Below the pieces are notes generated by a model. The model saw only the letters and a list, made by a program, of their open reading frames with translations. It was not told the DNA's origin and did no database searches. From Alphaproteobacteria bacterium (GTDB taxonomy: Bacteria; Pseudomonadota; Alphaproteobacteria; RF32; CAG-239): 64,000 nucleotides of DNA. The position numbers were made by a program, and so were the translations under genes. The DNA lies in contig SUUR01000002.1 in assembly GCA_015062435.1 (NCBI GenBank), forward strand, positions 187 to 64,186, given 5' to 3'. Of this stretch, positions 1 through 10,199 are shown piece after piece (positions within the stretch are counted from its first letter, which is position 1; every line of letters begins with the position of its first letter).

Positions 1-253
1 GACTTGTGCTGAAATGGGATATACTCAAACTGAAAGTGAGTGTGCCGGCAAAGAGATTGTTCGTTGCCCGTTCGATTTATCCGTAGTCTTTTGTCCTAAT
101 GATGGTTGTGATTTTAGCGAATATCCCTTAACCGAATGCCCCGCCAATGCCACATGCTTGGAATTTACTTGCGGTAGCACTACTCAATACCAATTCGCTC
201 AATGTGAAATTGGATATATCGATTATGACACCTTTTGGTGTCCTCAAAATTAA
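1..253 (+). CDS. Small Cys-rich secreted protein, 3' portion (5' end off-window)
   Basis: Frame is open from the window edge (nt 2: TCAEMGYTQTESECAGKEIVRCPFD...), stop at 251-253. Shares the CAEMGY..C.GK...CPFD module and a C..C...CG....Y....C..GY unit with 268..1194 and 35756..36754. Confidence 0.6.
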   Translation, partial: TCAEMGYTQTESECAGKEIVRCPFDLSVVFCPNDGCDFSEYPLTECPANATCLEFTCGSTTQYQFAQCEIGYIDYDTFWCPQN

Positions 254-267
254 AAAGGAGACTTATT

Positions 268-1194
268 ATGAAAAAATTGCTTTTATCATTGCTTGCAAGC
301 ACGATTTATACCTCAACAGTCTCCGCCCAAAGTTGTCAACAACCGCCAACCTGTGCTGAAATGGGATATACCAAATCTGAATCTGATTGCACCGGCAAAA
401 CCACTCTCAAATGCCCGTTTGATTTGAGCAAAGTCAGTTGTGATGAGGCTAATCAATCTTGGGATATGATGGGAGACCCACTTACATTTAAGGTTAATGT
501 TACTATTGATGAAGGTGAGTACTCTACGTTTGTTTTTTCATATGGCGGAAATCTTATATATTTGGATTGCGGTAATGGTTCAACACCTGGCACTGGTAGT
601 AGTGCTACAAGTGATCGTGGTTGTATATATAGAAAGTCAGGTGAATATATTGTTAAACTTTATGGAGCATTTCATACTATAAGTGCCCCGTCTTTATCTG
701 ATGGTACAATACAACTTTTATCTTTTGGTTCGGTTGGACTTAAAAAAATATATAAGTTCTGTGTAAAAGGCCAACTTCCGGAAATTCCATCAACCGTTAC
801 CGATATGTCATATGCTTTTGAAAATTGTAACAATTTAACCGGTTCTATTCCGGAATTACCATCAACCGTTACCAATATGTCATATGCTTTTCACGGTTGT
901 AACAAATTAACCGGTTCTATTCCGGAATTACCATCAAATGTTACCGATATTTCATATGCTTTTCTCGGTTGTAACAAATTAACCGGTTCTATTCCACAAC
1001 TACCTTCAACCATCACTGATATGGAAGATGCATTTTATAATGCTTCAAAATTGACAGGTACTTTACAAAATTATTCAACTCTACCGAATTTAAAAAGTAC
1101 AAGTTCCGCATTTTATGGCACAAACATAACTCAAACAGCTAACCCCTCTTGGCCATCAAATTCGTGGAATTACGATTGGTCGCTAGATCGCTAG
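268..1194 (+). CDS. Secreted protein: Cys-rich N-terminal module plus BspA-type leucine-rich repeats
   Basis: ATG at 268 preceded by aaaaggag. Signal peptide MKKLLLSLLASTIYTSTVSA/Q, then TCAEMGYTKSESDCTGKTTLKCPFD. Four 24-aa repeats (PELPSTVTNMSYAFHGCNKLTGSI) typical of BspA-like LRR_5 repeats. Confidence 0.75.
   Translation: MKKLLLSLLASTIYTSTVSAQSCQQPPTCAEMGYTKSESDCTGKTTLKCPFDLSKVSCDEANQSWDMMGDPLTFKVNVTIDEGEYSTFVFSYGGNLIYLDCGNGSTPGTGSSATSDRGCIYRKSGEYIVKLYGAFHTISAPSLSDGTIQLLSFGSVGLKKIYKFCVKGQLPEIPSTVTDMSYAFENCNNLTGSIPELPSTVTNMSYAFHGCNKLTGSIPELPSNVTDISYAFLGCNKLTGSIPQLPSTITDMEDAFYNASKLTGTLQNYSTLPNLKSTSSAFYGTNITQTANPSWPSNSWNYDWSLDR
778..1065 (+). repeat. 4 x 72-nt in-frame tandem repeat encoding the LRR units
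   Basis: Units at 778-849, 850-921, 922-993 and 994-1065. The middle units are near-identical at DNA level (ccggaattaccatcaa..gttacc.atat.tcatatgctttt). Confidence 0.8.
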
Positions 1195-1318
1195 AATAGA
1201 TATAGATATAGCAATATAAATCTATTAATGTATAAAAATAATATTACAAAATAAAACTCTTGCATTTTTTGCAATATTAGAGTTATTTGCATATATAATT
1301 AAAATCAAGAGAGATTTC

Positions 1319-2482
1319 ATGCAATTAATAACACAAACAACTGAACTACAACAACTTTGCCAACAACTTTCAACTATGGAATTTATCACCGTAGATTTAG
1401 AATTCCTCAGAGAGCATCATTATTATGCTCAACTGTGTCTTATCCAAATCGGTTCTAAAGATACCTGTGCAATTATAGACCCTCTTGCCCAAGATATTAA
1501 TCTTGATTCATTCTTTGAATTAATGCAAGATCAAAAAGTTATTAAAGTTTTTCACTCCGGACGTCAAGATATCGAAATAATTTATCATTTAAGTGGCAAA
1601 ATCCCTACTCCGCTATTTGATACACAAATTGCAGCAATGGCTTTAGGATACGGAGAAAGTATAAGTTACGAAAGCTTAGTCACTCATATTTTGCACCAAA
1701 GTATTGATAAAACCAACCGTCTTTCAGATTGGAGCAAACGTCCGCTCACTGCTTCACAACTTGATTACGCTCTATCAGACGTTACTCACCTAATTGAGAT
1801 ATATCAACACCTATCTCAACACCTCAAACAAACAAACCGAGAAGAATGGATAAAAGAAGAAATGGAGATCTTAACATCTCCTCACACTTATGAAATTAAT
1901 CCTCAAGAAGCATGGACTAAAATCAAACATCGCTCTCATAGCGCACACTTTTTAACATTATTAAGAGAACTTGCCGCTTGGAGAGAAAAACGTTCTCAAA
2001 CCAAAAACACACCTCGCCAAAGTTATATTAAAGATGATATGTTACTAAACATATGTGCAATGAATCCTCAGAGCAAAGAAGAACTTTGTCAAATCCGCAA
2101 TCTTCGTCCTGACATTGCCAAAGGAAAATTAGGTGATGAAATATTAAACGTACTGAAGTATTGTCGCCAAATTCCTAAAGATAATTATGTCACACCGCCA
2201 AAAATAAAAGAACTTCCCAACAAATCCGGAGCATTATTCGAATTATTAAAACTTCTTCTGAAAATAATAAGTCAACAAGAAAAAGTTGTCGCCAGACTAA
2301 TTGCAACTGATGAAGATTTGCACTCTTTTGCAATTTTTAAAAATGATTCAAGCAATCCTATTTTATCCGGTTGGCGAAACGAAATATTCGGGAAACATGC
2401 TCTTTTGCTTAGAAACGGAAAAACTTCCATTATTTATAATCCGCAAACCCAACAAATAGAGATTAAAGAAATTACGGTTTAA
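1319..2482 (+). CDS. rnd: Ribonuclease D
   Basis: DEDDy 3'-5' exonuclease motifs (ITVDLEF, HSGRQDIE, YALSDV) plus an HRDC-like C-terminal region; 387 aa. Confidence 0.9.
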   Translation: MQLITQTTELQQLCQQLSTMEFITVDLEFLREHHYYAQLCLIQIGSKDTCAIIDPLAQDINLDSFFELMQDQKVIKVFHSGRQDIEIIYHLSGKIPTPLFDTQIAAMALGYGESISYESLVTHILHQSIDKTNRLSDWSKRPLTASQLDYALSDVTHLIEIYQHLSQHLKQTNREEWIKEEMEILTSPHTYEINPQEAWTKIKHRSHSAHFLTLLRELAAWREKRSQTKNTPRQSYIKDDMLLNICAMNPQSKEELCQIRNLRPDIAKGKLGDEILNVLKYCRQIPKDNYVTPPKIKELPNKSGALFELLKLLLKIISQQEKVVARLIATDEDLHSFAIFKNDSSNPILSGWRNEIFGKHALLLRNGKTSIIYNPQTQQIEIKEITV

Positions 2483-2936
2483 GTTGTCTTTTTTTCTTAA
2501 AAAAATCTTTTAATATTTGTGAGCATTCGCTTTCTAATAATCCACTCTCCACCTCCGGACGATGATTGCAGGTTTTTTGTTCATAAAAACGAACACCATT
2601 AATAACTGCTCCACCTTTAACATCTTCTGCCCCAAAATACAGTTTTTCTATTCTGGCAAACGATATTGCCGCCGCACACATTGTACATGGCTCCAATGTC
2701 ACAAATAAATACATGCCACGTAACCTATTGGTATTTAACTTATGACAAGCAGATTGAATAGCTTTTATCTCCGCATGCGCTGTTGCATCTTCAACATGCT
2801 GGCTCAGATTATAAGCTTCGGCTATAATTTCTCCATTCTGAGGATTCACAATAACACATCCTATCGGAACTTCATCATTTTCCGCAGCAATTTTTGCCAG
2901 CTCTAAAGCCTTCTGCATATAATATATACCGTCCAT
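2472..2936 (-). CDS. tadA: tRNA-specific adenosine deaminase
   Basis: CMP/dCMP deaminase zinc motifs HAEIKAI and PCTMCAAAI; about 150 aa. Start could instead be the internal Met 6 codons in. Confidence 0.9.
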   Translation of the reverse strand: MDGIYYMQKALELAKIAAENDEVPIGCVIVNPQNGEIIAEAYNLSQHVEDATAHAEIKAIQSACHKLNTNRLRGMYLFVTLEPCTMCAAAISFARIEKLYFGAEDVKGGAVINGVRFYEQKTCNHRPEVESGLLESECSQILKDFFKKKRQLKP

Positions 2937-3002
2937 TTTATTCCTTTTTTGTTGTATTTTTATTTGATTATGCTAAATCTAAAACAAAAAGGAAAGCAAA
3001 AA

Positions 3003-3725
3003 ATGACTGAAAGATTAGCCAAATTTATCGCACGATCAGGAATATGTTCTCGTCGCAATGCCGAAGAACTCATCAAACAACAACGTGTAACCGTAAACGG
3101 AGAAACAATTTCTTCTCCGGCTTATAATGTTTCCGGTAGTGAAAAAATACTCATAGATGGAGAAAAATTACCGTCACCGGATATTACTCGTTTATGGTTA
3201 TATCACAAACCCAGCGGATTGGTTACAACTCACAAAGACGATAAAAATCGTCCTACGGTTTTTGATAATTTACCGATAGGTATGCCTCGTGTAATTTCCG
3301 TTGGCAGATTAGACCTGAATTCCGAAGGATTGTTATTACTCACTAATAACGGAGAACTGTCTCGCAAATTGGAACTTCCGTCAAATGGTTGGGTACGCCG
3401 CTACAAAGTAAGAGTACACGGATTCGTTGATCTGAATAAATTACAATCATTATCTCAAGGATGTATCATTGATGGTATTAAATATGGCCCTATCACAGCA
3501 GTAATTGAAAGCAAACAGGGAACAAATACTTGGTTGAATGTTACTTTGGCTGAAGGAAAAAATCGTGAAATTCGCCGAGTTATGAAATCTATCGGCTTAG
3601 AAGTATCTCGTTTGATACGTTTATCTTACGGACCATTTCAGTTAGGATCACTAAAAAAAGGCGAAACCAAAGAAATACCGACAAAAGTTCTTAAAGAGCA
3701 ATTAGGGAGTAAATTTGAAATATGA
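3003..3725 (+). CDS. Pseudouridine synthase, RsuA/RluB family
   Basis: N-terminal S4 domain (RLAKFIARSGICSRRNAEELI) and catalytic GRLDLNSEGLLLLTNNG motif. Start moved to the ATG at 3003 (MTERLAKF). Confidence 0.85.
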   Translation: MTERLAKFIARSGICSRRNAEELIKQQRVTVNGETISSPAYNVSGSEKILIDGEKLPSPDITRLWLYHKPSGLVTTHKDDKNRPTVFDNLPIGMPRVISVGRLDLNSEGLLLLTNNGELSRKLELPSNGWVRRYKVRVHGFVDLNKLQSLSQGCIIDGIKYGPITAVIESKQGTNTWLNVTLAEGKNREIRRVMKSIGLEVSRLIRLSYGPFQLGSLKKGETKEIPTKVLKEQLGSKFEI

Positions 3726-4261
3726 GAATAATCGGCGGAAAATATCGAGGCAAAAAACTTTTTTCTCCTTTATCGGAAAATGTACGCCCGACTTCTGATC
3801 GTAGCCGAGAAGCGATATTTAATATTTTACGATCAAAATTCGGAAATAATTTTTCCCATCTCAAACTCTTAGATATTTTTTGCGGAACCGGAGCATTTTC
3901 ATTGGAAGCCATATCTCAAGGATTTGCCGGCGCTACTTCCATTGATATGGATATATCATCAATCCAAAAAAATGCCAAACTTTTTCCCCAAGAACAAAAC
4001 CGCCTGACTATAATAAAATCAAACGTCAAAACATTTCCTTCCTTAAAAGATAAGTATGATATTTTATTTATGGACGCACCATATAATCAAGACCTAAACA
4101 CAACAACTTTGTTATCTGCATCCGGATACCTGAATACAGGTGCTTTATGTATAATAGAAACCCATAAAAATGAAAAATTTCAACTTCCTACAAATTTTAA
4201 GCTTATCGAAGAACGTATTTACGGAATATCCAAAATAACATTTGCTAGTTTTTCCGATTGA
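3722..4261 (+). CDS. rsmD: 16S rRNA (guanine966-N2)-methyltransferase
   Basis: MRIIGGKYRGKKL...RPTSDRSREAIFNIL, SAM motif DIFCGTGAFSLEA and DAPY. ATGA overlap with the upstream gene. Confidence 0.85.
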   Translation: MRIIGGKYRGKKLFSPLSENVRPTSDRSREAIFNILRSKFGNNFSHLKLLDIFCGTGAFSLEAISQGFAGATSIDMDISSIQKNAKLFPQEQNRLTIIKSNVKTFPSLKDKYDILFMDAPYNQDLNTTTLLSASGYLNTGALCIIETHKNEKFQLPTNFKLIEERIYGISKITFASFSD

Positions 4262-5324
4262 AGTTTTTAACTGTAATATTTTCCACCGACAACTTTTTGT
4301 CTCTGTAAGTAATTGGAGTTGTCACAATATAATGCTCATCTTTTTCATTAGATTTAAAAGCCTTTGCTCCTAACAAAATATTAGCAACAAACACTCCTTT
4401 TCGTTCCAAATACTTTTTATTTTGCAAATCATTTAATAGATTAAATAAAGCCTTAGATGATGTATGCAAACTGACTTTAGGTTCGAAATTTTCATTAAAA
4501 TGGACATCACCTCTGCCCACCAACAATAACGGATCCCAACTGATCATTAAAGATGATACATCAATAAAACCTCCACTCTTGAGCCAATTTTCCGCCCCCA
4601 ACAACATTCCTTCATTATCATCAAAATTTCCCCAAAGATTAAGATTGGTATAAATTCTCCGAATATTTGATGTAAGCGGATAATCGAGTAAACCGTTTAG
4701 TTGAACATTATTAATTTCCAAATGCCCTTCCATACTCAAAGGCAATATATTATTTTTAACTTTATCTGTCACACCTCTCAAAGCCAAAACTATCTTTTTG
4801 ACTTTAGCAACATCTTTAATAACAACATTATTCAAATATAACTCAAAGGAGTTAAACTTATAATTCTTGTTTAGCCTTAAAATCATTTCAGTTTCATCGG
4901 TATTAATTTGCCAATTTTTATTATCCGCAATCAACGAAATATTTCCGTCTGTACTGAATTTTATTTTTCGATTTCCCCAAAAACTTGGCCTTGCAAAAAT
5001 TTTTTCAATTTTAACATTCCACAACTTTTCCCCTTTAAGATTATACACAGATAAGTTTTTAATCTTTAGTAACGGAAAAATAAAAATATTATCAAATTCA
5101 ATATCATCATAAGCCACATCAATGCCTACTTCGTTTAAATCACTGATCATTGAACCGATGCCGAATTTAAAACTTCTGATAACGGCATTTCTATTCAAAG
5201 TGACATCAACAAAAGTAAGCATCAGTGCAAAACTAAACAAAAAAGTAATTACCCACCAACGATTAAATTTGACGTTTTTTTTCAAATTACAAAACTTATC
5301 TTTTAAATTTTTAAAGCTCATCAT
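4245..5324 (-). CDS. Membrane-anchored protein of unknown function
   Basis: N-terminal TM helix (WWVITFLFSFALMLTFV) followed by about 320 aa with no motif I recognise. DUF2125-like by size and context only. Confidence 0.5.
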   Translation of the reverse strand: MMSFKNLKDKFCNLKKNVKFNRWWVITFLFSFALMLTFVDVTLNRNAVIRSFKFGIGSMISDLNEVGIDVAYDDIEFDNIFIFPLLKIKNLSVYNLKGEKLWNVKIEKIFARPSFWGNRKIKFSTDGNISLIADNKNWQINTDETEMILRLNKNYKFNSFELYLNNVVIKDVAKVKKIVLALRGVTDKVKNNILPLSMEGHLEINNVQLNGLLDYPLTSNIRRIYTNLNLWGNFDDNEGMLLGAENWLKSGGFIDVSSLMISWDPLLLVGRGDVHFNENFEPKVSLHTSSKALFNLLNDLQNKKYLERKGVFVANILLGAKAFKSNEKDEHYIVTTPITYRDKKLSVENITVKNFNRKN

Positions 5325-5328
5325 ATTA

Positions 5329-6081
5329 CTACTTATACATTTGAAACTTTGTATACGGATAATTTTTTATAGTCTCTTCATTAAGTTGATTACATTTTTC
5401 TTCAATACGATTTTGCAATTCATTCATAAACTGCTTTTTATCCATTCCCACCGGTAAAGGTTCCAAAAATTCAAATATTACTTTCCCTGAATACCTCAAA
5501 AAAGAATTTTTTTTCCAAAACAAACCTGTATTGGTAGCAATCGGCACCACCGGTAAATTTAATTGTTGATACAACATTGCCACACCGGGTTTATAAGATG
5601 TTTCTTGTCCCGGTTGTTTTCTTGTTCCTTCCGGAAAAATAATTACCGGTCGCCCGCTGTCAATTCTGTCTTTGGCATGACGCAACATATTTTTCATGGC
5701 AGCTGCACCGCCGGACCTATCAACGGGAATCATTCCGTAAAAATACTGGGCCCAACCGAATATCGGAATATAAGTAAGCTCTTTCTTCAAAATAAATGCA
5801 GCTTTTTTGATATAATTGGTAAGAATATATGTTTCCAAAGCCGATTCATGTTTTCCTGCATAAATAACACCTTCTTGTTTCAGATATTCTTTTCCTCTGA
5901 TTTCTACTTCAATACCGCCAATATGACGCAAACTCCAAACCAATGAAGGAATAAAAAAATAGTTCCAAACTTTTATTGTTGCTTTATGAGAAAATACCCC
6001 AACGATAGAATTTACCACACACCCCATAGCTAAAGTTGTGTACCATACCACATTAAGAACAATAGAACGCAAATACAACAT
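5329..6081 (-). CDS. plsC: 1-acyl-sn-glycerol-3-phosphate acyltransferase
   Basis: Acyltransferase motifs GKHESALE (HX4D/E block) and IIFPEGTR. Start placed at MLYLRS, directly abutting the upstream gene's stop. Confidence 0.8.
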   Translation of the reverse strand: MLYLRSIVLNVVWYTTLAMGCVVNSIVGVFSHKATIKVWNYFFIPSLVWSLRHIGGIEVEIRGKEYLKQEGVIYAGKHESALETYILTNYIKKAAFILKKELTYIPIFGWAQYFYGMIPVDRSGGAAAMKNMLRHAKDRIDSGRPVIIFPEGTRKQPGQETSYKPGVAMLYQQLNLPVVPIATNTGLFWKKNSFLRYSGKVIFEFLEPLPVGMDKKQFMNELQNRIEEKCNQLNEETIKNYPYTKFQMYK

Positions 6082-6082
6082 A

Positions 6083-6661
6083 TTACCCCCAAATAGAAAA
6101 CTTACTTCTGAAATACACACACAACATCTTATTATACTCTTCAAAAATCAGCAAGAAAGTATGCCAACTCCTCCACCATTTTTTACAAAGGTTGTCAGAA
6201 TAAACCGGATGAGGAATTATTTTTAAATCTTTTGCTTGTGTTTCAAATTCAATTAAACTTCTTTCAACATGATAATTTGATGTAACCAACCTGATAGATT
6301 TTATATTTTTTGAACGCAACCAACTGATTGTTTCTTTAGCGTTGCCGATAGTATTTTTTGCCTTATAACCGATAGTCACATTATCATCATTATCAATATG
6401 AATATTTTGAACATTTTTAATATCTTTCCACGAGCTATCTTTATTAACACCGGATATAAATAAATGCTTCGCAAGCCCTTGTTTAAGAACATTTGCAGCT
6501 TCAACAATTCTGTATTTTCCACCGGTAAGAGCAATCACAGCATCAGTTACCGTCGTTTTATCAATTTGATATGAATTAATTCTATGTGCAAACACCATAA
6601 AACCGCCAAACCACAAAACCAATACTAAACCGCTAACACTTAAAAATATTTTTTTTATCAT
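6083..6661 (-). CDS. DUF218 (YdcF/ElyC-like) domain protein
   Basis: N-terminal TM helix; ALTGGKYRI...LFISGV and LVTSNYHVERS blocks typical of DUF218. Confidence 0.7.
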   Translation of the reverse strand: MIKKIFLSVSGLVLVLWFGGFMVFAHRINSYQIDKTTVTDAVIALTGGKYRIVEAANVLKQGLAKHLFISGVNKDSSWKDIKNVQNIHIDNDDNVTIGYKAKNTIGNAKETISWLRSKNIKSIRLVTSNYHVERSLIEFETQAKDLKIIPHPVYSDNLCKKWWRSWHTFLLIFEEYNKMLCVYFRSKFSIWG

Positions 6662-6662
6662 A

Positions 6663-7577
6663 TTATAACATCTTCTGCAAAGTACGTTTAACAGTATAAT
6701 ATGCCGTCCACATAGAAATTCCCATAGCGCAAGCCGGCAATAGCATAATTACAATCCAATCTAAAATACTCAAATTTGCATCACTGATTATTCCGCCTTC
6801 TATTTGAATTGCTAAAGATCCGATAAAAAATATCATTGGAATAGCAAAAAGTATTCCCCATGCACCTCCGGATAGTCCCAAAAAAGCCATTCGTCTGGCA
6901 TATTGCTGAGCCACATAAGCATCTTTAGCACCCATTACATGCAATATTTCAATAATATTTTTATGCAATCCCAAACTCATCTGTGTAGTATAAAAAATTG
7001 CACCGGCTGATATCCCTACCACCAACAATAATACCGTTGTAGCAATCATCTTCAAACCATCTGCAAACGCAATTAATTTTGATAGCCATAACTTATGATT
7101 ATCCAAAGAAGCCTGAGGAGAAGCTTCTGCCAAATCTTGTGCCAGCTTAGAAAAATCAATATCAGCATCTCTATCAATTTTAACATCTATGATTCTTGGT
7201 AAGGGTAATTTACCGATATTAATACCATCACCGAGCCATGGTTGTATCAAAGATTTAAGTTGCTCATCTTTCAAAGCGGAAACTTTTATTACTCCATCAA
7301 CACTTTGCAAAAATTCAATAGCCTTATCCTGATATGCCAAAGTTTCAGCCGCTGCTTTTTCAGGATTAACATCATTTACCGGCATAATTTGCACTGTCAA
7401 TGAACCTAAAATACTCTGATTCCAATTATCCAAAATCGAATTAATCGCCAATACACCGGATAATGTAATTGCAAAAATAAACACGGCAATAGCAATAATA
7501 ACTTGCAAAAACAAGCTTGTGCTATCTCCTTTTAACGGTAACTCTTGCTTTCTGGTAATATATGAAGGCCTAGACAT
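6663..7577 (-). CDS. ftsX: Cell division ABC transporter permease FtsX
   Basis: TM helix, periplasmic loop, then three C-terminal TM helices. Overlaps and follows ftsE. Confidence 0.8.
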   Translation of the reverse strand: MSRPSYITRKQELPLKGDSTSLFLQVIIAIAVFIFAITLSGVLAINSILDNWNQSILGSLTVQIMPVNDVNPEKAAAETLAYQDKAIEFLQSVDGVIKVSALKDEQLKSLIQPWLGDGINIGKLPLPRIIDVKIDRDADIDFSKLAQDLAEASPQASLDNHKLWLSKLIAFADGLKMIATTVLLLVVGISAGAIFYTTQMSLGLHKNIIEILHVMGAKDAYVAQQYARRMAFLGLSGGAWGILFAIPMIFFIGSLAIQIEGGIISDANLSILDWIVIMLLPACAMGISMWTAYYTVKRTLQKML

Positions 7578-8286
7578 TTCCGCCTCCTAAAATTGAATAA
7601 CTGTCAGGATATATCACATGAAGTTCTTTATTTTGCAAATGCAATCTCGGATACACAAAATCATTTATCAGTTTTTCACTATGAGTTGCAATAACCACTG
7701 TTGTCCCGAGTTTATTCAGTTCAACAAACAGTTTCATTAACTTCGGAGCAATAAAATTATCCACATTTCCGGTAGGTTCATCAGCCAACAACAATTCCGG
7801 ACGATTAATTACGGCTCTGGCAATAGCTATTCTCTGTTTTTCACCACCGGATAAAGTTGCGGTAGCATCAAGCATATGGTTATCCAACTCCACCCAACTT
7901 AAAAGTTCACTAACCCTTTTTCTGATTTCTCGCTCATCCATTCCGCAAACACGCAACGGCAAAGCAACATTATCAAATGCGCTCAAATGATCCAACAAGC
8001 GAAAATCCTGAAACACCACACCGATTCTGCGTCGTAACGAGGATAGCCCGTCTCGATTCGTAAAATTGATATCTTTTCCGAACACAGACATTCTACCTCT
8101 GCTTGGACGTTGTGCCAAATACATCATACTCAATAAAGATGTTTTTCCTGCTCCGCTTTTACCGGTCAAGAAATGAAAAGATCCTCTTTTTAAAGATAAT
8201 CGTATATCGCTCAGCACCTCCGGACCCTGTCCATAGCGAATACCCACATTTTGCATTTCAATAATATTGCTTATATTTTCCGGCAC
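7570..8286 (-). CDS. ftsE: Cell division ATP-binding protein FtsE
   Basis: Walker A GKSGAGKTS, ABC signature LSGGEKQRIAIARA, Walker B LLLADEPTG. Confidence 0.9.
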   Translation of the reverse strand: MPENISNIIEMQNVGIRYGQGPEVLSDIRLSLKRGSFHFLTGKSGAGKTSLLSMMYLAQRPSRGRMSVFGKDINFTNRDGLSSLRRRIGVVFQDFRLLDHLSAFDNVALPLRVCGMDEREIRKRVSELLSWVELDNHMLDATATLSGGEKQRIAIARAVINRPELLLADEPTGNVDNFIAPKLMKLFVELNKLGTTVVIATHSEKLINDFVYPRLHLQNKELHVIYPDSYSILGGGNV

Positions 8287-8404
8287 TGATCGCCTCCCAT
8301 AAAATTAACTTGTTTAGAATAATCATAAATATTCTTTTAATAAAGTATTTTTTTGCTTTGATTAAAAGCTTTTTCATTTTATATTACCGATAGAGGTAAA
8401 ACAG

Positions 8405-9295
8405 ATGCATATTTTTTGTCCGCAATGCAATATCGGTTATAATGTGAAAGACACTCTTATTCCAAAAGAAGGTCGCAAGCTCAAATGTAGTAATTGCGGA
8501 AAAGTTTTTCATATTGATCACAGTGGTGTAAGACCGGATTCTCAACCGATTACGACACCGGAAAAAATAGAACTTCAAGAAGCTTCCGCAGTGCCTGTTG
8601 CAGATAATCAAGTTGATGATAACAATACTGACAATTCTCAAATTACATCACCGGAAATATCAGAAACACCGGAAACCGACAACACTACACCATCAACGGA
8701 TACGGATAGTACTGCAACAACCATTACTCCGGAAGAAGAAATAAACATAAAAGATATTTATGAACGCCTTAACCAACAAAGTGAGCATCTGTTTCAAGAA
8801 GAACAAAAATTACCGTTTAAAGACAAATTTCTTTTTCAACTGAAAAACTTGCTGGGACTAAATCGCAAAATTAATTTCAAATTACTGGGAGCAGTCTTAG
8901 GACTGTTTTTTATCCTCGTTTTTTATAATTATCGTTATGAAATTGTCAGAACAGTACCTTTCAGTAACTTTTTTTATCAGATTTTTGGTATAAAAGCCAA
9001 AGTACCCGGCGAAGGATTGGAATTCCAAAATATCAATTGGAACTATGTTAACAACGAAGGAAATCGTATACTTGAAATCAAAGGTTTTATTAACAATCCT
9101 ACCTCTCGCACTATTGAAATTCCTACTGTACATGTAGAATTATTGGATCAAAACACTATGCTTTTGCAAAGTCTCAACCAAAAGCCGTCTGTAAAGCTCC
9201 TAAAACCAGAAGAACGCATTGCCATCGGAATGGTTGTTAAAACACCTTCTCCGACAGCCAAATACGTATATATGACATTTATTGATATCGAATAA
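8405..9295 (+). CDS. MJ0042-type zinc-ribbon protein with C-terminal DUF3426-like domain
   Basis: CPQC...CSNCG zinc ribbon at the N-terminus, Pro/Thr/Asp-rich linker, TM helix, C-terminal beta-rich domain. Divergent from ftsEX, as is common in Alphaproteobacteria. Confidence 0.7.
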   Translation: MHIFCPQCNIGYNVKDTLIPKEGRKLKCSNCGKVFHIDHSGVRPDSQPITTPEKIELQEASAVPVADNQVDDNNTDNSQITSPEISETPETDNTTPSTDTDSTATTITPEEEINIKDIYERLNQQSEHLFQEEQKLPFKDKFLFQLKNLLGLNRKINFKLLGAVLGLFFILVFYNYRYEIVRTVPFSNFFYQIFGIKAKVPGEGLEFQNINWNYVNNEGNRILEIKGFINNPTSRTIEIPTVHVELLDQNTMLLQSLNQKPSVKLLKPEERIAIGMVVKTPSPTAKYVYMTFIDIE

Positions 9296-9298
9296 AAG

Positions 9299-10198
9299 TC
9301 AATTGCGTCTATTCAAAATAAAATCTGCCAAATCTTGCAAATCTTTAGCTTTATCCCCAAAAACATTTAAAGATTTTTTTGCATCATCAATCAATTGAGC
9401 TGCGATTTGTTTTGCTTTATCCAAACCGTATAAACTGACAAAAGTAAGTTTATCTTGCAAAACATCTTTTCCAAGAGTTTTTCCCATCTGCATCTCATCA
9501 CCTTCCACATCTAATATATCATCAGTAATTTGAAAAGCGATTCCGATTTTTCTTGCATATGATAACAACGCATTATATTCATCAATTCCGGCATCACCCA
9601 TAATTGCACCGGCTTCACAAGCAAACTTAAGCAAACACCCTGTTTTCATTTCTTCAATGTGTTTAATTAATTCTTCCGGATTATCCGCATTTGCAGATTT
9701 TTCCGTATCCAAATCCAACATTTGTCCGGCAACCATTCCGCTAAAAGCTCCGGCTCCTTTAGCTAATTTTTCAGCCAACAAGCATTTTTTATTTGCCTCA
9801 AACGTATTTTTATCACCGCAAAGCAATTCAAAAGCCATTGTAAGTAAACCGTCACCGGCAAGTATAGCTGTTGCTTCATCAAATTTTTTATGACAAGTAG
9901 GCATCCCTCTGCGCAAATCATCATTATCCATTGCCGGCAAATCGTCATGAATCAAAGAATAAGTATGCAAACACTCCAACGCAGCTGCCACAACAAAAGA
10001 TTTTTCAGCACTCACCCCAAATAAGGCTGCTGATTTCATTACCAAAAACGGTCGCAACCTTTTTCCACCATTAGACAACGAATAGAACATTGCCTCTGCA
10101 ACTTGACGCTCTCTTCCTTTTGCAAAAACAAACAAATCCGGAAGTTTTTTATTAAAATCCACAGAAAATTCTTTTAATTTACCCGCAAAGTCAGACAT
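9299..10198 (-). CDS. ispA: Farnesyl diphosphate synthase (polyprenyl synthetase)
   Basis: FARM motif LIHDDLPAMDNDDLRRG and SARM motif DDILD. Directly follows xseB. Confidence 0.9.
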   Translation of the reverse strand: MSDFAGKLKEFSVDFNKKLPDLFVFAKGRERQVAEAMFYSLSNGGKRLRPFLVMKSAALFGVSAEKSFVVAAALECLHTYSLIHDDLPAMDNDDLRRGMPTCHKKFDEATAILAGDGLLTMAFELLCGDKNTFEANKKCLLAEKLAKGAGAFSGMVAGQMLDLDTEKSANADNPEELIKHIEEMKTGCLLKFACEAGAIMGDAGIDEYNALLSYARKIGIAFQITDDILDVEGDEMQMGKTLGKDVLQDKLTFVSLYGLDKAKQIAAQLIDDAKKSLNVFGDKAKDLQDLADFILNRRN

Positions 10199-10199
10199 C

